The notes beneath the pieces are model-generated. The model ran no database searches and had not been told where the DNA came from. It worked only from the letters and a program-made list of their open reading frames with translations. From Antedon mediterranea (lineage: Eukaryota > Animalia > Echinodermata), in the NCBI RefSeq assembly GCF_964355755.1, contig NC_092671.1:17918001-17982000 (forward strand): 64,000 bases of DNA. Direction: 5' to 3'. The stretch's first letter is position 1. Each line of letters opens with the position of its first letter. Below are positions 11,960 through 23,607 of the stretch, piece by piece. The position numbers and the translations under genes are program-made.

Positions 11960-13520
11960 TATACTTTGGTTGGGGCAAGTTAAGCCAAGTATCGTTATCT
12001 CAGTTCATGACGTTTATGTGTATAACGTTTTTTACTCATGTTATATAACTAAACAATTTAGTACCTATTTGATATTGCTCAAAGTAGCAGTTATATGGCA
12101 TGGACCGGGGACATTACTTGCCCCAACCCAAGTATCGTTATCTCAGTTCTAGACGTTTATGTGTATAACGTTTTAAATCATGTTATGTAAACAATTGAGT
12201 AGGCCTACCTACTGTATTTGATATTGCTTAAAGTAGCAGTTATATGGCATGGACCGGGGACATTGCTTGCCTCAACCCAAGTATCGTTGTCTCAGTTCTA
12301 GACGTATTGTTTTTTTTTGCTTTTAACAATAAATGTTTTTTTTCCTCAAATCTGTTTTGTCTCTTTCATTTTCATTATGTTTTATTGTTTCTTCCACACG
12401 CAAGTAATTGCATTTGCTAAAAATGGCAGTTAGACGGCATGGACCGGGGCAAGTGGTATTTTTCTGAAATGACTGGAGCCTACTTGCCCAAACCCATATA
12501 TCGTCATCCCGGTCCATGCCGTTTATAACGTAATTATAGCCCTATAAATCATGCGTTTATATTGCATTTTTTTATTAAAAAAAACGTTAAATTGTACGTA
12601 TTAACGTTTTAAAATGGCAGCTAGACGGCATGGACCAGGGCAAGTGGTATTTTTCTGAAACGACTGGACCCTACTAGCCCCAACCCATGTATCGTCATCC
12701 CGGTCCATGCCGTTTATAACGTAATTATTGCCCTATACATCATGCGGTTATATTGCATTTTTTTTATTAAAAAAACGTTAAATTGTAGTAACGTTTTAAA
12801 ATGGCGTAAAATGACAGCTAGACGGCATGGACCGGGGCAAGAGGTATTTTTCTGAAATGACTAGACCCTACTCGCCCCAACCCATGTATCGTCATCCCGG
12901 TCCATGCCGTTTATAACGTAATTATAGCCCTATATATCATCCGGTTATATTGCATTTTTATAAAAACGTTAAATTGTAGTAACGTTTTAAAATGGCTTAA
13001 CATGGCAGCTCTAGAAGGCATGGACAGGGGCAAGTGTTTTTTTTCTGAAATGACTGGACCCTACTCGCCCCAACCCATGTATCGTCATCCCGGTCCATGC
13101 CGTTTACAACGTAATTATAGCCCTATAAATCATGTGGTTAAATTACATTTTTTATAAAAAAAAAAATTAAATTGCAGTAACGTTTTAAAATGGCGTAAAA
13201 TGACAGCTAGACGGTATCGACCGAGGCAAGTGGTATTTTTCTGTAATGACTGGACCCTACTCGCCCCAACCAACGTATCATCATCCCGGTCCATGCCGTT
13301 TATAACGTAATTATAGCCCTATATATCATCCGGTTATATTGCATATTTTATAAAAACTTTAAATTGTAGTAACGTTTTAAAATGGCGTAAAATGGCAGCT
13401 AGACGGCATGGACCGGGGCAAGTGGTATTTTTCGGAAATGACTGGACCCTACTCGCTCCAACCCATGTATCGTCATCCCGGTCCATGCCGTTTATAACGA
13501 AGTTATAGCCCTATAAATCA
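11960..13520. repeat. Tandem array of ~190-bp hairpin-containing units (six copies from ~12420) plus degenerate upstream partial copies
   Basis: Each unit contains ACGGCATGGACCGGG...CCCGGTCCATGCCGT. Units start at about 12421, 12611, 12808, 13001, 13197 and 13390. Confidence 0.9.
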
Positions 13521-13708
13521 TAGCCCTAGTTAGTCTAAGCCGTAAGTATAAAATCATTTAATTAAAATATAACACATATTGCGCCCCATACATTTGATTG
13601 GATCCAACTTCACAACAAAAATTGAATATCGAATAAGGAATAAGTAAACCAACTTCACACGCCGGTCGTCTACCACCACCGATCACAACACAACACCGTT
13701 CGTAGCAG

Positions 13709-15588
13709 GGGTGTCACGAAAGCTCAGACCACGAAAGCTCAGACCCCCTAAGACCTAAGATCACGAAAGCTAAGACCCAACACCTAAGATTACAAATACT
13801 AAGATATACTACAGATTAAAAACAATACTTGTTTATCCATAAATAATTTTAAACACAGTAGGTTTCATTTATTACCATAAATATAATTTAATACTACCGC
13901 AAAACATAGATAAACTCACATTATTTTCGCCCGTTGAGTAAATGTATATTTTTTCTTTACAACAAACAAACTTGACGGGTTGTTTGTTGGTATATATTTA
14001 CTCCATTGTGTTGGTTCAGAGGATGTTTTTCTTACGCACCTGCCTTTCTTGTATTTTGACTCCAAATTTGTTGACTAACTTTATCCTGAACACCACACTT
14101 TAAAATTAGGACTTATAAGTACTTTCAGAAAGAGAAACACATAATAACAAATAAATAAATCCTTTAAATTGATGATTTTACATATGTGTTTCTTTGTATA
14201 TGTTATGCGCGATTTGAACGATTTGCGCAATTTGAAATTGCGCAAAAAAATCCTTGCGCAATTTGAAATTGCGCAAAGAATTCTTGCGCAATTTAAAATT
14301 GCGCAAGGATTTTTTTGCGCAATTTGAAATTGCGCAATCAACTTGCGCAATTTCAAATTGCGCAAGAAAATCTTTGCGCAATTTTAAATTGCGCTGCACA
14401 ATTTGTAAATTGCGCAAGATAGTTCTTGCGCAATATGACACCTTTGCGCAATTTGAAAACGAACTGTAAATTTTCCCATACATGGCTAGGCTAGGCCTAG
14501 GCAGAGGAGTTTAAAATTTAGTATTTTATTATATAAATAAGACCATTTCAATGAAGATAATGTTTAATACTCACTTTTTAAGTTTTTAATATTAGTTTAA
14601 GCTAGGCCATGTAACCTAGTCAGTATCAGTAGTCCAGACCCTAGCTAGGCTAGAGTAGTATAGCCGGCCGCCCGCGCCGCGCCCGCCTGGTGGAACACCA
14701 CCGCTTCGTTTTCCTTCGTCGGTTCTTCGACGGTATGCTAACTTATAACAATATTTGCACTACTAAAATAAGGAAATGCGATATTTATGTTTAATTTTGA
14801 ATCATTCTTAGAAATTACTATAAAATATGGGTGTGCATGATTTCACAATCTGTCGAAAAACCTTGCGCAATTTGCAGATTACTTGCGCAATTTAATACGT
14901 TGCTTGCGCAATTTGAAACACATGTTTCAATTCAAATTGCGCAAGGATTTTTTTTGCGCAATTTCAAATTGCGCAAATCGTTCAAATCGCGCATAACATA
15001 TACTGTAATGTAACTCCTCGAGCTCCCACCATGCTCAATGTTTTTGTTTCCATGGAGCGCCAAAAGAGCAACAATAATAGTACAAGCATAAAAACAGAAA
15101 GAAAACGAAACAAAAAAACTTATCATGATTTTTAAATTAAAATTTATTTGCCAGTATTTATTTCTTCGTACTTGCATGATTATACTATTATCATTACAAT
15201 TTTCATTTTACATTGTTCCATCCACACTGTAGATGGACTCCACAGAGTTTTCAGCCCTCTATATAATTTTTGCTCTTTTGACGTTCCATAGAAACAAAAA
15301 CATTGAACATGGGGTAGGCCTACTGTAGTACTGTAGGCTAGTCATTTTGTGTGCGAGAAAAACGTCTGTAAAATCATCAATTTAAAAATGTATTTGTTAC
15401 TTTTTATGTGATTCTTTTTCATGAAAGTGCCAATTCTAAGGTGTGGTATTCAGAATAAATGTTGGGAGTTAAAATACAAGGCAGGTGCGAAAGATAAATA
15501 TTTGTAATCTTAGGTGTTGGGTCTTAGCTTTCGTGATCTTAGGTCTTAGGGGGTCTGAGCTTTCGTGGTCTGAGCTTTCGTGACACCC
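13709..15588. mobile_element. Foldback/MULE-type non-autonomous transposon, 1880 bp
   Basis: ~90-bp near-perfect TIRs GGGTGTCACGAAAGCTCAGACC with internal repeats. A 10-bp TSD TTCGTAGCAG lies at 13699-13708 and 15589-15598. Further diverged inverted homology runs 14020-14190 versus 15350-15500. Confidence 0.9.
14197..15002. mobile_element. MITE nested in the foldback element, with TIRs built of TTGCGCAA palindromes
   Basis: TATATGTTATGCGCGATTTGAACGATTTGCGCAATTTGAAATTGCGCA versus its reverse complement at 14931-15002. A related fragment lies at ~15995-16060. Confidence 0.8.
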
Positions 15589-16173
15589 TTCGTAGCAGCT
15601 TGCCTACTCTAGGGCCTGCCTCTAGTAGGGTAGGAAATTGAATCTTATTTATTTTTGACTAAAAACGTCAACGCGGTTCGTTATGATGAGGCGGTATGAT
15701 GAGGCGGTATAAATAGCAGTAGGCCTAGGAAATCCTAAAATAAAGTCTAGCCTAGCTAGCTAGGCCTAGCCTAACTAGGCCTAGGCCCCCTAGGCCTGTA
15801 GGCCTAGTAGGCTAGGCCCGGGCCTAGGCTAGCCTTTTATCATTCTTACTTGGCATCTAGGCCTAGTCTAACTAGGTAGAGCCTAGACCTAGCTATCTAG
15901 GGGTAGCGGGACGATTCGGCCCTGAGACGATTCGGCCCGGGATTAGACCGGGATGATTCGGCCCTGACTGAGACGATTCGTACTAACCTATTTGATTCAA
16001 ATTGTGCAGGGAAATCCTTGCGCAATTTGCATATGGATAATCGTTTAAATTGCGCACAACTACTACTCTACAGTCAATGTATTTAAAGATGTTACATGGT
16101 CTGACTCAACAGCATTTGTTAAATTTTGTATTTAGTAACAGTATTTTTGTTTATAGGTATACCTAGAACAAAA

Positions 16174-19100
16174 ATGTCGGCAATTAACGATACATTATCT
16201 ATTCTAAACGTGGAGCAGTTGAACAATGCAGTAAACCTGGCGCATGTATTACCCTTACAACCAGATGGAAACCAAACTAATCACATGACACTACCAATTC
16301 AAAATGTAAGAATTTATAGCAAACAAAGTTCAACCAATTCTGTTTGTTGGTGTCTTGTCATAGAATGACATTCTGACATCTTATTGGTCAGTTGTGGCTA
16401 CCACCTGAAGTGAAATTTCCTCTGTGGTGAATGGTAAACTAAATTTCAGTTTTCAGCTGAATAAATTACTAAAAAATGTTTCTGTATTATTAACTATGAT
16501 ATCCTTCATTTGTATTATATAATGAAAATTATTTAAAATTGGCAAAACTATGAATACACCATAGGCTACTACTTGTAAGTTTTACTCCAGTCAGAGGGAG
16601 TAAGTATGCCATATTCCACCAACAGAATAGAAACACATAAATAATAAATGAAAATATATATAGCGGCATATATATCAGCTAATAATGTTTTCAAATGATT
16701 TTTAAAACTTTTCACATTATGAACATTTCTGTATAAGAACTACTACAGGTACAGTACAGTAATAGTCTAGTTTGATTGGGTCTCCACATAAATATTTTAA
16801 ATTGTTACAGGTACTTGGATACTTGATCCTTTATCCCTTTACAGGGTCCAGGACATCATCTTGTAGGTGGCAGTTGTAAAGGGTCTTTCACACCTGTTCC
16901 GGCACGGTTCCGGTCCGGCGCCGGAAAATCCAATCGAACGTCAATGTTTCGTTTTCACGCGGCTACGCGCATATCGATTGGTGCATAGCCGCGTGAAAAC
17001 GAAACATTGATGTTCGATTCGCCGGACCGGAACCGTGCCGGAACAGGTGTGAAAGACCCTTAAGGCAATCACAAAGTATTATGAACATTAACATTTTGTA
17101 TGTTTTGTTCTATACTTGTTTAGACCAACCATGCTATGTCAGTGTCTTCTTCGATGCCAAGGATCACGGTGTCCACTACCATACCCACCAACATCACCAG
17201 TAGATCTCTTCCGATTCTGATGTTAAACACAGCCTCTCAAGGAGATCAAACGCTAAGCCATACAAATAGTAGCCTCAGACAAATAAGTAATGCATGAAAT
17301 ACTATACCTTCATAAATGAGTCAACAATGAGTAATCCTCCCTCGTTTTGGCTTTCCGTAGTTGTATTACTTCTTCTAATATTGTAATATCTGTATATGGT
17401 TAAGACACTATCATACAGAAAGACACAGGTTCAAATACCAAGAACTCTCACTCATAAAGGAATACCTGGTGTGGAAAGTATATATCTAGCCACCTAACAA
17501 CACTTAGCCAACAATAAGCTCCTTAAACATAACATTAGAAGCTTCAGAAGAAGTTTTCATGTTTAGGCTGAGAACTTCTATAAGAGAGGTTGTTTTGTTT
17601 ACCCCTTTTTTTAAAAACATAAATACCAGATTTTTATTTTTTTATATTATCTAGCAATTCCCGTTCTACAGGAGCAGAATTCACACGTCGTACTACCGAT
17701 ACAAAATGTAAGCCCTGCCAGTTTTGGAACATGCCTGCCTGTTGACCACAGTACAGATATAAGTCTTCAGACATTACTATCATCACCAAACCAGCTCAAT
17801 ACTCTAAATCTGAACCAAGTTGTCAATCATAGGATAAATGTTGACGATGGAATTCAAAGACAGAATATTAATAATAACTTGCAGGTTATATCATCAGTAC
17901 CAATCTCACAACCAGTAGCTACAGTCAATAAACATTTGCAAAGGTTAGTAAGGTCTACTAGTAGTACTGTCGTCGTCGTTGTAATCGTCGTAGTAATAGT
18001 AGTACAGTATACACAAGTTAACATCTACAAGTTTGAATTTTTTTTCTTTGCAGTTCAAAGTTGCATCAAAATGAAACCTTTTTAGTAAACTTAAAACTAC
18101 CAATTACTATTCAAAACAACCAGCCAATAAAGATCAACTCAATGCCTCAAGCCCAGCCAACCGCTGATATTTCAACTAATCCTATTGGCCAGCATCTTCA
18201 ATTATCGCTGCCGGAATTGCAAAATCAACCAATCGGAAAGAATAATATATCATTGCTAACTACAAGCAATCTGAACCATCTTGTGACTCAAGCCAGTGAT
18301 GATGAGACGTGCCAGAATGGAAACCAGATGATAGGGACACAAGACCCTGTGGCTGCTGCCAGCTTGTTTGCTGGGGTCACAGATGAATTAGATGGAAATT
18401 CTTTGATTCCAAGTGAATCGCAAACAAATGATTTTGACACTAGTTTATGTAAGTGTTATTACAAGATTCACCATGCTGATATCGAGTTTGCTGTAGATCA
18501 ATTATACATAGCCATAACTAACATTAAAATTTACACGCTTCAACCAAGATTCTTTGTTTTTTTACAGGGTGTGTAGAATGCAATACAAGTCACCCTCTAC
18601 TATGTCCGGTCAAAGGTGAACTTCAGTGTATTCAAGATTCTCCAATACTCAGCCATGCACGTCAAACCTTACCAAGTATTTTAAAGATAAAGTCTTCAAC
18701 TGTGACACCAAATGGAGACGGTAAGTCAACTGTTGGCGTATCAGAATGTGTATGAACATTCTTGGAACAAGTATAGCCAGCTATTATAGATAGTAATGCT
18801 GATTTATTTCTTACAGGTGTGTTTGCTAAAGTAACTATTGAAGCAAGGTGTCAATTTGGACCGTTAAAGGGAAGCATTTTAAAGAATGACCTTAGCACTG
18901 AATTAGATTGTCCAACACAGTGGAAGGTATATTACACCATTTATTTATGTATTGTCTGTAACAGCAAAGTCATCACAACAGAAATATTATCAAACCTAAC
19001 AAAAAGCTCATCATAACAGAAATCTCTTCACATATAACAGCAAACTCTAACAAACAACTTGTCACATCTAACAAAAAACTCATCACATCTAACAGAAAAC

Positions 19101-22100
19101 TAATCACATCATCTAACAGAAAACTCATCAAATCTAACAGAAAACTCATTAAATCTAACAGAAAAATCATCACATCTAACAAAAAACTCATCAAATCTAA
19201 CAGAAAACTCATCATATCTACACAAAACTCATCACATCTAAAAGAAAACTCATCACATCTAACACAAATCTCATCACATCTATAACACAAATCTCATCAC
19301 ATCTAACACAAATCTCATCACATCTATAACACAAATCTCATCATATCTAACAGAAAACTCATCACATCTAACAGAATTTTTATTTTATTCAATCAAAACC
19401 AACAGCGATAAATACCGCCACTAACAGGTTTGAAACATAAAACAATACAACATCAAAAACGGTTAACAATAAAATACAGATAAAATATATATATATATAT
19501 AAAAAACATAGATTGGCATGCCATAAAAAATTTCAATTAAAACAGGTTATGCAGACTGTTCAAGAAGTGAACACATCATCGTCCTCTTAAAATAACCAAG
19601 TCTATCATTAAAAATATCGATATGATTGCTATTTAGATTATTAAATGTATAAGGTAGTCTATGAAAAAGTCCCCTCTTAGTACAGTCGACACGGCTAAAA
19701 GGAATATGCAATAAATGTCTATTTCGTGTACGACCAGGAACATTTAAACTAAATAGTGAAATTAATGAACAGTCATATTTAGAATTTAAAATATTATATA
19801 AAAAAACCATATCAGATATCGTTCGACGATTGCTGACAGAATCAATGGAAAAGGCAAAATTAACACAGTTATAAGACAGGAATCGAACAAACTTCCGTTG
19901 AACAGTGTCGATTCGACGGGCCTGACATGGAGAAATTGAATTGAAAATTGCGGAACAATATTCAAGGTGAGGACGTATAATAGATTTGTATAAAGATAAA
20001 AGTGCCCTGCCGTCGTTCATAAACCTACAATTTCTCCATATTAAGCCCATCATTCTATTAGCTTTTGACAACACATGATTAATATGTGAACAAAAATTTA
20101 ATTTACTATCAATAAAAATACCTAAATCTTTCCATACATAAACCATCTCAAGATCATGTCCACTCAGATTATAATTGAAGAGCACAGGCTTTTTTTTAAG
20201 TGTTATAGATAAATATTTGCATTTATTAGCATTAAGTTTTATCCCCCACTTCTCCGTCCATTCCACGAGACCATCCAGATCCTCCTGAAGTGAAAAAGCA
20301 TCCTGTGGAGTGGTAATCACTTTAAACAATTTCAGATCGTCAGCAAATAAAAGAGACTCGGAATGATTAAATTTTAAAGGAAGATCGTTGATAAATAAAT
20401 TAAACAAAAGCTGGCCCAGGATCGAGCCCTGCGGAACGCCCGATAACACAGGGAGCCAATCAGATGTCTCTCCCCCAATGACAACACGCTGTTGTCTATT
20501 AGTTAAATAGCTTTTAAACCAACTTAACAGTGAACCGGATAAACCAAATTTTGAAAGTTTAAAAATAAGCAAATCATGGGAAACGGAATCAAAAGCCTTA
20601 GAGAAATCAGTGTAAATCACATCGCACTGCTTCTTGCTGTTAATTGCATCGTATGATGTAGCAAGAAGCAGTGCGAGGTTGGTTTGACATGATCTCCCAG
20701 AGACAAATACTCATCATATCTAAAGAAAACTGATCACATCTAACACAAATCTCATCACATCTAACACAAATCTCATCAGATCTAACAGAAAACTCATCAC
20801 ATCTAAGAAAACCATCACATCTAACAGGAACTCATCAATCACATGTAACAGAAAGCTCATCATATCTAACAGAAAAATCACATCTAACAGAAAACTTATC
20901 ACATCTAACAAAAAGCTCATCATTATGTTATGTTTTAAAAAGATATAGTATCTATTTTAACCATATTATAGTACATACATTTTTTTAAAAATCTTTGTGT
21001 ATCTTTGTCATGGATGAAATAATGAATAAAAGTAGGCTACACTCACGAAAGAGAGAAAAAAAGCTCATCATATCTAACAGTAAAATCTTACATCAAACAG
21101 AAAACTCATTACATATGTATATACTTTATCTTCTAGATATTTCAAGGTAACGATCTTCATCATTGTGTTGATACCAGAAATGAGAATATCTGTAACTGGA
21201 TGATGTTTGTACGCAATGCTAGAATGTCCGTAGAACAAAATATAGTTGCTTATCAATGGGGGCAGTATATATTTTTCACTACTATTCGTGCAATACAACC
21301 TGGGGAGGAACTCTTGTACTGGTATTCTGGGAATTATGCAAAGAAAAAAGGTATGTTTGTGTTCATGCTTTTGTGCAATTAAATTTTATTTTGGGAATCT
21401 TTAACCCATCCTCTGAACTGTTTTTGAGGTTTTACGTTGCTGGTTAATCATCTCTTGTACAAATTCAGTTCCTATCCAGCTTCTATTTTAAAATATGAAG
21501 TTTTATAAATATTGTTCAAAATTGTCTAGGTTTGAAGAACAAGCCAGAACAGTGCTTTTTAGAACTGAACAAAAACTGCTTTGTTGACTAAGATTATTGT
21601 ACTTTGCAAGTTGAAATTTTATTTATATTATTATTTCCAAATTGTCTAGGTCTGAAAGACAAGCCAGAACAGTGCTTTTGGTGTTCAAAGTGCAATCGTC
21701 AATTTCTGTCTGTGTTGAAGCTCAACAGTCATATGAAATACAGCCATCCAGACACAAGTGAACGTAAATTCAAATGCACACATTGCTCACGTGCCTTTCT
21801 GTGTCTTACCAAACTCAATGTTCATGAGATGACTCATTCAAATGTGAAGCCTCATAAGTGTAACCTCTGTGAAAAGACCTTTACAGACCCTAGCAATCTG
21901 CGAATGCATCAGCTTATTCATACAGGTAAAGCTCTGTCTACATTAACAAACTAGTTTGACAAAAAAAGTGATGTGCCCATATGGTTATATCACTACCATT
22001 TGGGCACATCACACTTGTAGTGTAGATAGATCTTAAGAATAGTAGTGAAACTGGTTGGCATGCTTGCATTATCAATCCCGGAATCTTTGGTTCAAATCCT

Positions 22101-23607
22101 GTTGAAATCCATAGTTTTTTATGACCAATACTGAAAACATGTTTCACATGCTGTAATAGGCGAGTTAAATGCTTGAAAAAATACACTAGGTACTGTATGT
22201 TATTAGCATTCTTTTTTTCAATACACCACCAGTGCTCATAACACCTTTTCATGCATATGAAAAGGTAGTACTGTACATTAAATTAAATTAATAGATATAT
22301 TATTAAAAGACAGATTTCTAGGCTGCAAAATACTGTAAAAAGGTTTTTAAAATAGTATTCACAAATAACTGGACCAAAGTTTCTCATACTTTATTTTGTA
22401 GGTGTAAAGAAGTTTAAGTGCCCACAATGTAGTAAAGCATTTCGACAGAAAGCGCACTTAGTGACACACATGGTGACACACACAGGGGAGAAGAAACTTA
22501 AATGTCCACAGTGTGACAAACTATTCAGCCGTCAATCAGATGTAAAAACACACATGTATTTTCATACCAAAGAGAAACAGGTAAAAAAGGGCAGCAGTAA
22601 TGATAATTTACTCTCCAGAGGAAAACTGTTTTAAACACTGTTAAAGACACATTCTTCTTGATCTAATTTAAGGTCATAAACAGCATTTTAATACTATGGG
22701 CCTATTGCAATAATTTTCATCTTTAAAAATAAAATATATGTTGATTCTAATAATGTAAGCGGCCAGAAATACCAGCATGCATTGATATTTTCATTTGTTT
22801 TTGTGATTCTCCCAACTTTCGATCGATTGTGAAGGCCTAAACAAACGGAAGAATCGTACCTTTGCATAACTATAACTAGCGCACGGTATTCGTACATTAC
22901 TGCTGTTTACCAGCTAGGCTTACAATAGTGGGCTGTGGGCTAGGCCTAAAGATTGTCCACGAGAGACATTCGACGAGAGCTACTTAGGTAGTTCATTTTT
23001 TCTTTTTATCATAATTTACCATAAAACGTACATTTAAGACAAGGAATGACCTTGTTTAATGTTTTTAAAGTAATATACTGTATATATATTATTTTTACAA
23101 AACATCATTGTATGATAGTGTCTTTAATTAATAATTGTATGTTATTTATTATAGGAAAAATGTTCATTATGTTTCAAGGAATTCTGGAACCCTCAGCAAT
23201 ATCGAAAACACATGAAAAGTCACGCACAAGAACGAGAGTACACTTGTGATTACTGTAAGCGAGGTTTCAACACATTGTCCCATTTTAAACGTCATCAGGA
23301 GTCAGCTGTGTGCCGAAGAAAAGACATTTCTTTACCTGAAGGAAAGTCTGGCAGGGGTAGACCAAAGACTAAGAAAAGAAATGGTTACAATATAACACAT
23401 AAACTCATTGCTCCTGCAATTGATCTTTCACAAGCATCACCCCTTATGGAGACAGACTGTGAAGAGAATCCTAGGACGACGGAGGCGACGTCTGCTATTG
23501 ATATTGAGAAATCGCATACTTCATCCACATGGAAAAAAAGATCGACAAGGATTTCACAGAGAAGGAAGCAAGGGAAAGTAATGAATTTTACTGACAACGG
23601 AAGTTGA
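16174..23607 (+). CDS. PRDM4: PR/SET domain zinc-finger protein 4 orthologue
   Basis: Exons 16174-16305, 17124-17286, 17655-17943, 18054-18448, 18568-18720, 18817-18926, 21137-21350, 21650-21925, 22402-22580 and 23155-23607 with consistent phases. PR knuckle WCVEC..CP; PR/SET FGPL..WKIF..CNWMMFVR.AR..EQNIVAY..EELLYWYS. The C2H2 array (ERKFKC..KPHKC..FTDPSNLR..QKAHL..HTGEKKLKC) follows the PRDM4 finger pattern. The low-complexity N-terminal exons are less certain. Confidence 0.85.
16880..17060. mobile_element. PIF/Harbinger (Tourist-like) MITE, near-perfect 181-bp palindrome
   Basis: AGGGTCTTTCACACCTGTTCCGGCACGG...CCGTGCCGGAACAGGTGTGAAAGACCCT, flanked by TAA on both sides. Confidence 0.9.
18985..19375. 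repeat. ~21-bp minisatellite (AACTCATCACATCTAACAGAA), left block
   Basis: Tandem copies read directly in a PRDM4 intron. Confidence 0.9.
19377..20708 (-). mobile_element. 5'-truncated non-LTR retrotransposon (CR1/L2-like RT), intact ORF2 3' half
   Basis: ORF 19547-20620 has YTDFSKAFDSV, SGVPQGSILG, FADDLKLF, KDLGIFIDSKLNF and LYKSIIRPHLEY. The 3' UTR ends in an AATAAAATAAAAA-type tail. Confidence 0.92.
20709..20925. repeat. ~21-bp minisatellite, right block (same unit as 18985-19375)
   Basis: The same ATCACATCTAACAGAAAACTC unit resumes directly after the LINE. Confidence 0.9.
22043..22110 (+). mobile_element. Degenerate tRNA-derived SINE head or tRNA pseudogene
   Basis: A-box-like TAGTGAAACTGGTT and B-box GGTTCAAATCC at tRNA-like spacing; the stems pair imperfectly. 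Confidence 0.4.

Noticed and set aside
12415-13520. CRISPR-like array next to a nuclease or transposase
   Set aside because: The linkers are homologous between units rather than unique spacers, the context is eukaryotic, and there are no cas genes.
14081-15177. ORFs with repeated RNLKLRK/AQFEIAQ peptides
   Set aside because: They are translations of TTGCGCAA palindromic TIR repeats and are open on both strands.
18973-19290. Hydrophobic repeat ORF (MSFLLDL)n, also 20720-20923
   Set aside because: Translation of a 21-bp minisatellite.
22043-22110. Functional tRNA gene
   Set aside because: The acceptor and anticodon stems do not pair convincingly. It is treated as a SINE or pseudogene remnant, as are similar heads near 17395 and 31210.
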